Origin: Octopus sinensis
Taxonomy: Eukaryota
DNA length: 64,000 nucleotides
Direction of reading: 5' to 3'
NCBI RefSeq assembly: GCF_006345805.1
Contig: NC_043022.1
Location: forward strand, 25,420,001-25,484,000
The notes below the pieces were generated by a model. It did no database searches, was not told the DNA's origin, and saw only the letters and a program-made list of their open reading frames with translations. The position numbers were made by a program, and so were the translations under genes. This document shows positions 13,147-28,053 of the stretch, in pieces (positions within the stretch are counted from its first letter, which is position 1; each line of letters opens with the position of its first letter).

Positions 13147-13580
13147 TTAATAATAATAATAATCCCACTACCACCACCACATGAACTGCTACTACTATAT
13201 CCATTTCAATACAGCACTCCAGGATTCACCATCTCCATCGCCACCCCGACTATAAAGTTCGCCATTCCACCATTCCACACACCCCTCACATCATCCATCA
13301 TCGCCTCACTATCTAACTGTCCACAGCAGAGAAGATAGATTCCAAAAGTCTCACATCTTGAAAATACCAACCACCGGCCAATTGACAAGAGATATGGAGC
13401 TAAAATTCACCCGATATTCTGCAGAGAGATGTAAAATATATACACATATACACACGCACTGTCACAAAAATGACTGTATTAGCATGTATCCATCTAACTC
13501 TTGCTCTCTCCTATCACACACACGTGTGGGTTTATATTTGTAGATGTGTGTGTGTGTGAGTGAGTGAGTGTATGTATATC

Positions 13581-13611
<31 letters not shown>

Positions 13612-13993
13612 GATATAATACACATATCTATCCTTTCTATCCAACGAAGTCAGCTCTATATCAGATTCTATAGCAGACATTTGCGTGATATAGAATATAT
13701 CAAAATATACATTAAGACTCTTACATTATAAGTATTTGCATGCGCGTGTGTGCGTATGTATATAACAACATCTGTGTGTGTATATATATATATATATAAG
13801 GATATGTGTATGTAGATGTAGATGTATTTGCCAATATATCCAGACAGATAGATAGAAATGCAGTTGATAATGCACAGCGAGTATGTATGAAGATTTATTT
13901 TAATTAAAATTCGTTCGCTTAACCGGTTTCACATTTGTGTGATTTTCAAAAGTGTAAGTTTTGAAGCTGTGTCGCAAGTAAGGATACATATAA

Positions 13994-14490
13994 GCGCAGC
14001 CATGGCTGTCTGGTTAAGAGGCTTACTTTGCGACCACATGATTTCGGGTTCAGTACCGAGTCGACTAATGCCTTCCAAGTGAATTTGGTAGACGGAAACT
14101 ATGGGATTTCGTCAAATATACACACACAAGTGTACCTACGTACGTTCTATGCTTGACAACCGGTGTTGGTTTGTTTACATGCCCTTACCCTAACTGTTTG
14201 GCAAAGGGCTGAGAGCATATGTACAAGATCTACACATTATTTCTGCTTATATATATATATTTTATTCTTTTACTTGTTTCAGTCATTTGACTGCGGCCAT
14301 GCTGGAGCACCACCTTTAGTCGAGCGAATTGACCCCACGATTTATTCTTTGCAAACCTAATACTTATTCTATCGTTCTCTTTTGCCGAACCGCTAAGTTA
14401 CGGGGACGTAAACACATCAGCATCGGTTGTCAAGCGATGTTGTGGAGACAAATACAGACACACAAACATATTCGCACACACACACACACA
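13994..14490. mobile_element. Degenerate SINE A (+, about 13994-14230) and SINE A 3' half (-, about 14265-14490)
   Basis: Family A head and tail motifs. Confidence 0.7.
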
Positions 14491-14491
14491 T

Positions 14492-14536
<45 letters not shown>

Positions 14537-14883
14537 CATATATGTATATATATGAGAGCAAAGAGTGAAGAGTATACACATTATTTGAATTATACAGGGT
14601 GTCTCAGAATTAACTATTTCAATGAAATCGGGCAAATTTAAAAAAGAACTGACACAATTTTATGTTTATTAATTATGATAGCAAAACAAATAGATTTACA
14701 AATCTTACATCAAAACTTTATTGAAGTTTTAAAAAGTATTAGAAAAATAGTCACACAGCCTATATCTTTCAGATCGGAAGGTTGAGCTCTATGCAAAATT
14801 TTAGCCACGCAGAAGTGAAAATGTATCAATAACTTGGAACATATGTTCAGACATACATACGTATTTTACACACACATGCACGC

Positions 14884-14919
<36 letters not shown>

Positions 14920-14921
<2 letters not shown>

Positions 14922-15084
14922 CTAGCAAAAACTGTCTGATGAACGGCAACGGGAAATTCAGAGTACGGGTTTTGTTGAATTTTCTGCTGCTGCTTTAATA
15001 ACCATATTACTCTACCACTGGTATTTGAGTATCTTTTTTTCCACCTTGTTTCACATTTATGTGTTACTACGCCGGTATAATATA

Positions 15085-15090
<6 letters not shown>
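14920..15090 (+). mobile_element. TA-flanked pLTR-like module with decayed HHR (14927-14975)
   Basis: AAAAACTGT-CTGATGA-ACGGCAACGG-GAAA-TTCAGAGTA-CGGGTTTTT. Confidence 0.45.
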
Positions 15091-15144
<54 letters not shown>

Positions 15145-15530
15145 GCCTGTGTGTCCCAAACTAGTTATTAACCGTACACCGGAAGTGCTAAAGCCGATTA
15201 ACTAACTACTAGTACCAAAAGACAAACAACACACCAACAAAAATAATTAAAGAATCAAACAAATAATTACAAGAAAACAATAATCAATGTATGACAAAGA
15301 ACAAACAATGAGGCAAACAGAAGCAGATAATGAATAATGAAGCATTCTAGAAGCATCATAAATATAAATATACATATGTATATATATACACGTAAAATAC
15401 AATTATGGCTAATGAAAAATATAACAATATGAATATATATATATATATATATATATATACTGTAAAATATAAGTAAGATTAATAAAAAAATTTAAAAAGT
15501 GACAATGTGAAAATGTATGTGTGTGAGTTG

Positions 15531-15609
<79 letters not shown>

Positions 15610-16498
15610 TGTGTGTGTGTGTGTGTGTTGAATTAAAATAAAATAAATAATAAGCACAAAAAAAGTTTTTGAAAATGGAGGAAAACTAATCTTTGTAATT
15701 CAGACCTTTTTGCTAATGTCTCGATTGATTTACAATTAACGCCAATATTGATTTTCTATGACCACCAACTCTTCGTAACTAATTACTGGACATTTCTAAA
15801 TATCGATCTCCGACCATCAACAACGACGATTTACAGTTATATCTTTATATGTTATTTTTTATTGTTGGTTGTTTTGCTGTTTTTGTCACACATCCTCCAT
15901 TTTGTGATTCTTTGGTTATATTTTTGCATCTAACTTCCTTCTTTTTATTTTTCCTTTTTATTTATTATTATTTTATTACAATTTATTTTTTGATTGGCCC
16001 AAGTTTCTGTCTTTATATTTTTTTTTTTTACAAATTAATATGTTTACATTATGAAATCATATTTATTTTTAGATTTGTGTTTTGTCTTCTTTTTCATTTT
16101 TTTTTTCTTTTAAACTGTATTTTGAAATATTTTTATGTCAAAATTTTTGCTTCATTTTGTCAATTTACGTTGTCTTTTTAATTATCATTTTCACATTTAA
16201 TTTTTTGTATTTTAAATTTAAATTTTTAAATCATAACATTTTAGAATATTTTTAAATTTTGGTGTTTGTTCCTTTCACTTTTTATTTGTTTTGTTTTCTT
16301 ATGATTTTAACTCCTCGGAGGCATTTTATCATACTATAAAAATATATTTCTACATTTAAAAATGTCTATTTGCTTTATTTAATTAACTAAATAATTTTTA
16401 AAACATATTCTTAGCGTTTTTATTCTTAACTGTCACATTTTAAATTAAATTTAATTAATTAGAAATAAGACTATTTTACTTGAAGAAGTATACATAAA

Positions 16499-17460
<962 letters not shown>

Positions 17461-18577
17461 ATATATGTATGTATATATATATATGTATGTATATATATAT
17501 GTGTGTGTATGTATATATATATATGTGCGTGTATGTATGTATGTACACACAAATACACACATTTTGAGCGTTTAAAGTTTAATAATTTACGTTTTTTTAT
17601 ATTTTCAATTTTTTAAAATCATAAACTGAAATATTTTTCAAATTTCAAAATTAAATTTTTGCTCAACATAAAATCATCTTTTCGTTTTTAACAGATTTTT
17701 TTACTATATTATTCTCGTAGATTTAATTCAATTTCTTTACATAATTTCATAAAAATCTAAAATTTCGCCCTTAAATCTTATGCTATTAATATTTTCAGTT
17801 TTAATAAATACATTATACATTATAATATTTTTACACTACACATCATCACATATATTATTTCTTATGCTAGTGTTTTAGAGATTAAATATTGTTTTTCATT
17901 TGTTTGAATTTTTTTCAGTTTCAGTGAAATTTGTTTTTAAATAATCAATAAATCGAAAATTCAGTTTATTTTTTATTATTATTAAAAAAAATTAGGCTAA
18001 ATTTATTTTTTAAAGTTGTGTATTTTTAACATCAAATTTTAACGACTTCACATAAAAAACTGGTCCCTTCAAAACATATTTAGGGCTGACTCTTTTGAAA
18101 CACTGACCTTTGGTTTGAAATTTTTTTGCAATAGTTCAAGATTTTTATTATTTTTTTTGTAAGTTTCGAGTTTTTTGTTATACTTGTAGTAGGTTTTGTC
18201 CTTTAATTTATTTTGCTTGTTTGGTTCGTTGCGTGTTTTTTGTTGTTGATTTTTATAGTTATAATAGTTCTTATTGCAATTTTTAATTTTATTTTACTGA
18301 CTTTTAAAAAAAATTATAATCCAGTATTTTCGTTTTTCTCTTAAGTTTTATTTCTATTCATTTATTTATTTTGACATTTTTTGGTTGTTCCATTTTCCTT
18401 CCCTTTAGTACATTTTTTTAGTACATCGTCATTTTCGATTTATTCTCTATATATTACTATTATTATTAATATTATTATAAATATCGTCCACCCTATTAAT
18501 TCATCATCATCATCATCATCGTATTTGTTAGCATTACTACGACTATCACCACTTCCACTACTGCTATTATTATTATT

Positions 18578-19167
18578 GGCGAGCTGGCAGAATCGTTAGC
18601 ACGCCGGGAGAAATGCCCATCGGTATTTCGCCTGCCGTTACGTTCTGAGTTCAAATTCTGCCGAGGTCGACTTTGCCTTTCATCCTTACGGGGTCGATTA
18701 AATAAGTACCAGTTACGCACTGGGTCGATATAATCGACTTAATCTGTTTGTCCCCTCTGTGTTTAGCCCCTTGTGGGTAGTAAAGAAATAGGTATTCCGT
18801 CTGCCGCTACGTTCTGAGTTCAAATTCCACCGAGGTCGACTTTGCCTTTCATCCTTTCGGGGTCGATTAAATAAGTACCAGTTACGCACTGGGGTCGATT
18901 TAATCGACTTAATCCGTTTGTCTGTCCTAGTTTGTCCTCTCTGTGTTTAGCCCCTTGTGGACAGTAAAGAAATAGGTATTCCGTCCGTTGCTATGTTCTG
19001 AGTTCAAATTCCGCCAAGTTCCACTTTGCCATTGATCCTTTCGAAGTCAGTAAATTAAGTACCAGTTACATACTGGGGTCGATCTAAGCGACTGGACCCC
19101 CTCCCCCAAAATTTCAGGCTGTGTGCCTATAGTAGAAAGGATTATTATTATTATTCATTTTGTTCAT

Positions 19168-19201
<34 letters not shown>

Positions 19202-19630
19202 CATCAATATTATTATTATTATGCAGAATCGTTACAGCACTTAGCGGCATACATTATAAGTTCATTTTCCGTTGAGGTCGACTTTGCCTTTCATCCTTTT
19301 GGGTCGATAAAATAATTACCAATAGAGCACTGGAGTCGATGTGATCGACCTACTCCTGCCCCCGAAATTGCTGGACTTGCGACCAAATTTGAAACCAATA
19401 TTATTAACATTAAAGCGGCGAGCTGGCAGAATCGTAAGCCCACCGGGTGTATTGCTTAGCGGCATTTCGTCTGTCACTACGTTCCAAGTTTCAATTCCGC
19501 TGAGGTCGACTTTGCTTTTCATCCTTTCGGGGTCGATAAATTAAGTCCCATTGAAATTTTGGGATTGATGTAATCGACTAGTCCCATCCCCTAAAACTTC
19601 AGACCTTGTGCCTATAATAGAAAGGATTAT
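18578..19630 (+). mobile_element. SINE B three-unit array (18578-19160) plus two further copies (about 19240-19630)
   Basis: Junction AAAGAAATAG|GTATTCCGTC; short tail CCTTGTGCCTATA..GAAAGGATT(ATT)n. Confidence 0.85.
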
Positions 19631-19858
19631 TGTTATTGCTATTATTATTATTATTGCTATTATTATTATTATTATTATTATTATTATCATTGATATTATT
19701 ATTATGATTATTATTGTTATTATTATTATTGCTATTATTATTATTATTATTATTGCTATTATTATTATTATTATTATTATTATTGCTATTATTATTATTA
19801 TTATTGCTATTATTATTATTATTATTATTATTACTATTATTTTTATTATTATTATTGC

Positions 19859-19896
<38 letters not shown>

Positions 19897-19976
19897 CATT
19901 GATATTATTATTATTATTGCTATTATTATTATTATTATTATTGGTATTATTATCATTATTATTATAGCTATTATTA

Positions 19977-20009
<33 letters not shown>

Positions 20010-20745
20010 TATTGTTGCTAGTAGTAGTGGTAGCCGCAACAACAGTTTTTTGATTGTGTTTGGTTGGCAGCAGTGTCAAAGAACTTTGCATCCAAAGACT
20101 TCGAAACAATAGCGCCATCTCCAAAGACATATGATCATTTCCAGTGGGAGTTATTGTTGTAATGGAATCGCCATTCCACAGCCAACGCCACCACCACCTT
20201 TAGCAGCAGCAACAACATCACCAACTCCCTCTACGACCAACTGCAGCAGTTACAACAAGAACGACAACCTTCTCTGCTGTAAAGAATAACCTTTTGACAG
20301 AAAAATTTAATTGAATTCTCAACGCGATGTATTATCTTCGCTTCCTTTCTCCGCCACCACCACCACCACCACAACCACCCCAGTCTGCCTGTCCGCGTTT
20401 GTCCTCAGCTTCCTCATTCCCACCATCATCAATACTGCAATCAGCGTCATCATCACCATCATTATTATCATTATTATTATCATCATCATCATCATTATCA
20501 TTATTATTATCATCATCATCATTATTATCATTATTATTATTATTATTATCATTATTATTATTATTATCATTATTATTATTATTATTATTATCATTATTAT
20601 TATTATTATTATCATCATTATTATTATTATTATTATCATCATCATCACCATCATCACAATCAACAAGCTAAACATCAGCAGCAGCTGCACAAGGCAGTAG
20701 ATCATCATCATCATCATCACCACCACCACCACCACCACCACCAGC
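19625..20745. repeat. (ATT)n/(ATC)n/(CCA)n microsatellite blocks
   Basis: Direct inspection; source of poly-I/poly-L ORFs. Confidence 0.9.
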
Positions 20746-21273
20746 ATTTTCTTGTTTTCCGTCATCAATTTTATCTCGTTGAGGTATTTTTTTTTGGTTT
20801 TTTTTCCACTATATTTTTATGTTTTTAAATTCTAATTTTTTTTTGTTCTCCTATCAACCATATCCATCCCATTTTATCCATCCCCTAAACACACCACGCA
20901 TCTTCCGCCATCTTTGCTTCTTGGCATTACTAATGCCACCAGCCAACAACGAGGATGCATCGAAGTTGTCGCTCAGCCTGCTAGAAATAGCGACCAAAGC
21001 TATCTCAATTTACACGCGAGCATCTTAAAAAGAAACGGTGGCAATGGATAATGTAGTCAATAGATACATTGCGTTATGGCTGAAAAGAAAAGTCAAAGAA
21101 GGGTGGTCATAACTGGAATATGTTAGATCATACGTCTGGGGATTAGGAAAACCATCACCACGATGACCAACACTACTACTACTGCGACTACCGCTGGTGC
21201 AACCATTTTCTCGATCCCATCCACAGCTACCTCCCTTACAGTATAGCGGTCATTAACACACAGAGCTTTATAT

Positions 21274-21470
21274 CTCTTTTACTTGTTTCAGTCATTTGAC
21301 TGCGGCCATGCCGGAGCACCGCCTTTAATCGAGCAACTCGACCCCGGGACTTATACTTTTGTAAAACCAGTACTTATTCTATCGGTCTCTTTTGCGGAAC
21401 CACTAAGTAACAGGGACATAAACACACCAGCATCGGTTGTCAAGCAATGCTAGGGGGACAAACACAAACA

Positions 21471-21522
<52 letters not shown>

Positions 21523-21697
21523 CATACATATATAGGCGGGCTTCTTTTCAGTTTCCGTCTACCAAATCCACTCACAAGGCTTTGGTCAGCCCAAGGCTAT
21601 AGTCGAAGACACTTGCCCAAGGTGCCACACAGTGGGATTGAACCCGGAACCATGTTTTTGGTAAACAAGCTACTTACCACACAGCCACTCCTGCGCC
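21274..21697 (-). mobile_element. SINE A full length
   Basis: Head, (TA)n centre and 3' module. Confidence 0.85.
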
Positions 21698-21937
21698 TAT
21701 ATGCCTCGATATGGAAAGAAATTAAGACGGCATGCTGGCAGAATCTTTAGCACGCCGGGGAAAATGCTTACTATCATTTGGTCCGTCTATGAAACAAAGG
21801 TGGGATCGTACTCGTTTTCACTTGCTGGTGGCCAATTCATCATACAGCGTGTCTTTTAGGCTCCTCCCATCTGACACGCAGTTTTTGAGTCTACATTGCT
21901 TAATTTTATGTTATGAAGGCCTTCGATAGAAATACTA

Positions 21938-22131
21938 TTTTACTCTTACTTGTTTCAGTCATTTGACTGCGGCCGTGCTGGAGCACCGCCTTTAGTCGAG
22001 ATTATCAACCCCAGGACTTATTCTTTGTAAGTCTATTACTTATTCTATCAGTCTCTTTTGCCGAACCGCTAAGTTGCGGGGACGTAAACACACCAGCATT
22101 GGTTGTGTGTGCGAGGGCATGTGTGAGGGCG

Positions 22132-22175
<44 letters not shown>

Positions 22176-22545
22176 TATATATATATACATACATATATAT
22201 ATATACATTACATATATATATATACATACATATATATATATATACATACTATATATATATACAACATACATATATATATATAATATATATATATATATAT
22301 AATATATATATATATATACACATATATATATTTCTTATTTTTTCTACTCTAGGCACAAGGCCCGAAATTTTTAGGGAGGGGGCAGTCGATTAGATCGACC
22401 CTAATACGCAACTGGTTCTTAATTTATCGACCCCAAAAGGATGAAAGGTAAAGTCAACCTCGATGGAATTTGAACTCAGAAAGACAGACGAAATACCGCT
22501 AAGCATTTTGTCCAGCATGCTAACAATTCTGCCAGCTCGCCGCCT
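21938..22545 (-). mobile_element. SINE A 3' half (21938-22100) and SINE B short-tail copy (22338-22545)
   Basis: Family motifs separated by a TA tract. Confidence 0.8.
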
Positions 22546-22561
22546 TATATATACGTGGGGT

Positions 22562-22845
22562 GGGTCCTTCTCAACCCTGGCTCATTGGGGCCGGTTTCCC
22601 GGTTTCCTTGGCGTATAGATTTCCCACATGGACGGGACGCCGGTCCGTCGCAGGTGAGCTGCAAGATGCAGGAGGAAAGAGTGAGAGAATGTTGTGGCGA
22701 GAGTGTCAGCAGAAGTTCGCCATTACCTTCGGCCGGAGCCGCGTGGAGCCTAGGTGTTTCGCTAATAAACACACATATCGCCCGGTCTGAGATTCGAACC
22801 CGCGATACCTCGACCGCGAATTCACTGTTCTAACCACTAGGTTCA
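22562..22845 (-). mobile_element. SINE family C1 (tRNA-Arg-like head, V-domain-like tail)
   Basis: Minus strand: CCTAGTGGTTAG..CGCGGTCGAG..GGTTCGAATC..GACGGACCGGCGTCCCGTCCA..GAAACCGG. Confidence 0.8.
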
Positions 22846-23478
22846 TTATCACCATGAATTCCACATTTGTGTGTATATATTTATATATATATATATATAT
22901 ACATATATATATAAAATCAAAATAATCAACAAGTATATCCAAGGTAGTGTAGTACAATCGTTTCATGCTACTTCATTTCATTAAACACTGTAAGTACTAC
23001 ATCAGTTTTAAAATGTCGGTATATATATATATATATATATATATATGCATATATAACTTAGAATAACTTAGAAAGGTTTTGACCAGTATTGGCCCACGGC
23101 CATGTCTTATATGCATATTATATATATATATATATATATATTTATTATATATATATATATATATACACATATAATACACATATTATATACACAAATATAT
23201 ACACATATATATATGTATATATATATTATTATATATATATATATATATATACATATACATTTACACATATATATATATACACAAAATATAACAATATATA
23301 TATGTATTATATATATATATACATATATAATACATACATATATAACAAACATATATATACATATATATATATATACATATATATATATATTATATATATA
23401 AATATACATACATACATAGATATACACACATATATATAAATATACATACATACTACATAGATATATATACATATTATA

Positions 23479-23509
<31 letters not shown>

Positions 23510-24908
23510 CAGGATTACATTAGCCAATATATCCTACTTCTTTTAAGATTGTAGGCTGAGAGTTTTGAATGCTATTTCTAATTGGTCGAGTCACAAAGCA
23601 GGAACTCTTCAATTTACTCCAGATGTTTTTGCTCCGTATTTTGGGCAAGTTTGCTCCTATTCACGTCGAGCTTATTCACGGCTATAACGTTGACGCAATT
23701 CTCACCATTTTTGTATGTATCATTGCTGATGCAGTTATTGCCGCTGTGTGGCTGTGCCGTTATTGTTGTTACCTGCTGTTGATGTTGTTATCGATGTCAC
23801 TGCTGTTGCCGTTGTCTTCTTTGATGCCTTCGCTCCTTATGTTGTCCTTATAACTTTTATGACTGTCTTTGCTGTTGATGCCAATTCTTCTCATTGTCGC
23901 TGCGACTGTTTCTAATATTATTCCTCTCTTTATTTTTGCTTTTGCTGACATTTCTTTTCCTTACTGTTACTGTTACAGTTCTTTTGTGGTTGTTGTTTTT
24001 GTTGCTATTGCAGTTGTAGTGGTTGTTTCTGGTGTTGCTATCGTTTATTACGTCCATCTTTTTTGTTTATCTCTTTCCTTTTCTGTGTCTCTGTTCTTTC
24101 TTACTCTCTCTCTCTCTTCGTTCTTATTCTGTTCATCTCTTTCCTGGTGCTGATGTTGTTGCTACTATTACTACTACTGCTGTTGCTACTGCTGCTGCTG
24201 CTGCTGCTACTACTACTACTCCAGTTATTCTCCTATTACTACACGTGTTATTCTCCCCCTCCTCCTCCTCCTACTACTACTACTACGCCAGTTATTCTCC
24301 TCCGCCTACTACTACAGTTATTCTCCTACTACTACTACTACTACTACAGTTATTCTCCTACTCTACTCAATTCTGTTCGTTGTTGTTCTTCTGGTTGTTA
24401 CTGCTCCCGCTGATCCAGATATTGCTTATGATGATGATGATGATGATGAGGAGGAGGAGGAAGAAGAAGAAGTGGGATGAGGGGGAGGAGGAAGAAGAAG
24501 GGGAGGAGGAGGAGGAGGAGACAGGCTGACACGACTGTTTATTAGCCTCAAGAAGCATCGTTTCTGGCAGGCTATACGACACATTACCTGTGTCCTTATA
24601 TTTTCGAACCGGGAATTCGTCGTCATCGCCCAACACAGAACAACATCCGTGGACTAGTTCCAGGGTTATTGCTCTTCATCAACACATAAATGGTGCGTAT
24701 AGCTAGCTAGAAACGATGCTTGGGGCTAATAAACAGTAACAAGTCCCTTACAGGACAGCCATTATTATGTTGGCATTAAATTTTACGTTAAAGAAATGTT
24801 ACTGTATGTCTCGTTCTGAAGAGATTTAGAAAATAATACTATATATATATATTATAATATATATAATATATAAATACTATATATATATATATTATACATA
24901 TATATACC

Positions 24909-24939
<31 letters not shown>

Positions 24940-25054
24940 TTATATATATATATATATACACTAATATAGGATGAAGTTTTTTTTCTCTACAGAAAAATTA
25001 CATCAAGAAATGTGGCAGCATATTAAAATACCTTTACGGTTAAAATTATAAAAC

Positions 25055-25139
25055 AACTTATAAGTAAGGGCTAAAGAAAATTATTTCAAAGCCATGCATA
25101 TTGGCTTTGAAATAATTTCTTTAGCCTTACTTATAAGTT
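25055..25139. repeat. Near-perfect hairpin, about 39-bp arms and 7-nt loop
   Basis: AACTTATAAGTAAGGGCTAAAGAAAATTATTTCAAAGCCA / TGGCTTTGAAATAATTTCTTTAGCCTTACTTATAAGTT. Confidence 0.9.
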
Positions 25140-25177
25140 ATATATATATAATATATATAATATTATCTATATATATA

Positions 25178-25398
25178 CTCTTTTACTTGTTTCAGTCATT
25201 GACTGCGGCCATGCGGAGCACCACTTTTAGTCGAGCAAATCGACCCCGGGACTTATTCTTTGTAAGCCAGTACTTATTCTATCGGTACCTTTTGCCGAAC
25301 CGCTAAGTGACGGGGATGTAACCACACCAGCATCGGTTGTCAAGCAATGCTAGGGGGTCAAACACAGACACACAAACACACACATACATGACATATAT

Positions 25399-25437
<39 letters not shown>

Positions 25438-25787
25438 CACGACAGGCTTCTTCAGTTTCCGTCTACCAATCACTCACAAGGCATTGGTCAGCCCGGGCTA
25501 TAGCAGAAGACACTTGCCCAAGATGCCACGCAGTGGGACTGAACCCGGAACATGTGGTTGGTTAGCAAGCTACTTACCACACAGCCACTCCTGCGCCTAT
25601 ATACCTATGTATATTTTATAAATCTGAATGGCTGTGTGGTAAGTAGCTTGCTTACCAACCACATGGTTTCGGATTCAGTCTCACTGCGTAGCATCTTGGG
25701 CAAGTGTCTTCTACTATAGCCTCGAGCCGACCAAAGCCTTGTGAGTGGATTTGGTAGACGGAAACTGAAAGAAGCCTGTCGTATATG

Positions 25788-25822
<35 letters not shown>

Positions 25823-25826
25823 TATG

Positions 25827-25857
<31 letters not shown>

Positions 25858-26051
25858 TGTTTGTCTGCCCCCTAGCTTTGTTTGACAACCGATGCTGGTG
25901 TGTTTATGTCCCCGTCACTAAGCGGTTCGGCAAAAGAGAACCGATAGAATAAGTACTAGGCTTACAAAGAATAAGTCCCGGGGTCGATTTGCTCGACTAA
26001 AGGCGATGCTCCAGCATGGCCGCAGTCAAATGACTGAAACAAGTAAAAGAG
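25178..26051. mobile_element. Head-to-head inverted pair of SINE A (25178-25597 -, 25628-26051 +)
   Basis: Two near-full copies about 30 bp apart. Confidence 0.9.
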
Positions 26052-26098
26052 CATATCTATAAACATATATACATACATATATATATATTCAATATATC

Positions 26099-26138
<40 letters not shown>

Positions 26139-27158
26139 TATATATTTTATATATCTATATACATATATATTTTTTATATATCTATATACATATATATAAG
26201 AAAATGTCCAGTGAGAAACGTTTCTTTAAATATTCAAAATATACCAGAAAATATCTTTAAAATTTGTCAGTCAATGTGTGAAACCTCAAACTTTGAACGT
26301 CTTTTACTGTTTTCGGTAAATACTGATAGGGCACAGAAATTGTGTCTATAGTCAGCTGGAGGAGGTGTCCTCCTGGGGCTACAAACTATTGTAGCATCCG
26401 CCCTTAGGGGTTAGCCATATTTAAATGGCAAATTTACGGTAAATTGATTGTTGTTCTTTAACCACAAGCCAAACGTGATCAAGCAGACATATGGTCAACA
26501 GAATTCCAACCGTGACCATCTAGGCTTGTAAGAATAAGCAGGACTATGTTTTCTCATATGTTCTTGCATTTTAGACCGCAACGTCAGATTGGAGGAGGAA
26601 TTTGGTTGCTATTTATAAGCAAACGAAGCTGCCACTTGGATGTTCTTAATTTATTCCTCTTTCTAAACCGGTCGTACTCGTTATTTTCCAAGGCAGACCA
26701 TTACTAATACACTCGGATTTTACTATTTACTTCATAAGTGGTACATTGTGGGTTCGAATCGAACAAATAACACCCTGTAATCCTAGACGTTCATTAGTGA
26801 CTTTGTACAGAAGATAGATCTTCTTATTATCGTTGTTATATGTTTCGTGACTTCACAGCTGTTTAACTATTAACACCTATTATTTACTATGATTTGACAA
26901 GAAACCTCGAGTAAATATTCCTGCTCGATGCTTAATTTCTCAATATATATGCAGTGACAAGCAGTGTTGTCTTTCCGTATCTCAATTAGTCGAGATAGTG
27001 TTATTAGTAAGGTCTAATATCAGAACAGTGTTTGATCACCAATATTAACTTGTGCTGCTATTATAATAAATGGTAAATCAATTCTCCATCGGTTTCGATG
27101 CTGATTATTCCAGTTCTTCGATTAATGTATTACACGTTAGATATGTATATATGGGTGA

Positions 27159-27193
<35 letters not shown>

Positions 27194-27764
27194 ACACGCA
27201 CAAATATATATGAGAGAGAGTATAAATATGTGTATGTATGATCAAAACAGAGTCCAGTGAGGCTAGTTTTGGCCGGTGTCGACAACGCTTGTAGTATGTA
27301 GTAATATCATTAAAAATAGTGCAGTGATTTTTATGTGAGGAATGGAAAATCTAACGTTTTGGGCAGAGTTCTTTTATCAAGGAAAAATTGAGAGAAAATA
27401 AATGACAGGCAGTAGAGGTTTACATTCTCTAACTTAATTTTTTAAAATGGCTGCAGCTGATACGGGATGCAGGACTACGGGAGCTTCATATGTGAATAAG
27501 AAGTGGTAAGAGAAAGAGTGAAAGGGTAAGAGAAAGGAAAATAGAAATTGAATAAGCTGAAACAGGCAAAGTCGAAAGGAAGGTGAAGAGCAAGGATGAG
27601 ATGAGAGGGGATTCGAAAGAATTAATTGTGTAACAACTGAAAGAAAAGCATTCACTGAAACAAATCTGTCGGTTCGAATATGAAACGTGGTTCCCTCCAC
27701 ATCTTTTAAAAAAAGATAAGAATGTTGGAATTCTTGTGAGAAAGCTCCACAGCGCCCAGACCCA

Positions 27765-28053
27765 TTCTAGTGGTTAGAGTAGCGGACTCGCGGTCGAGGG
27801 ATCGAGGGCTCGAAACTCAGACTGGGCGATGTGTGTGTTTATGGGCAAAACACCTAAGCTCCACGCGGCTCCGGCAGAAGGTAATGGCGAACTTCTGCTG
27901 ACTCTTTCGCCACTACTTTCTCTCACTCTTTCCTCCTGCATCTTGCAGCTCACCTGTGACGGGCCGGCGTCCCGTCCATGTGGGGAACCTATACGCCAAG
28001 GAAACCGGGAAATCGGCCCTTATGAGCCAGGCTTGGCTCGAGAAGGAACAAAC
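27765..28053 (+). mobile_element. SINE C1
   Basis: CTAGTGGTTAGAG..GGACTCGCGGTCGAGGG..GGCTCGAAAC..CGTCCCGTCCA..GAAGGAACAAAC. Confidence 0.85.

Noticed and set aside
13918-13952. Minus-strand HHR-like motif with AACCGGTT palindrome
   Set aside because: Core TTGAAAA has two substitutions and the stems are only 3 bp; at most a relic
22950-23010. Minus-strand CTGATG..GAAACGATTGTA motif
   Set aside because: A9 is missing and stem I does not pair
24367-24636. Protein-like ORF LGDDDEFPVRKYKDTGNVSYSLPE
   Set aside because: No recognisable homology or acceptor; it runs into low-complexity sequence
24805-24835. CTGAAGA..GAAA
   Set aside because: No stem II or stem III
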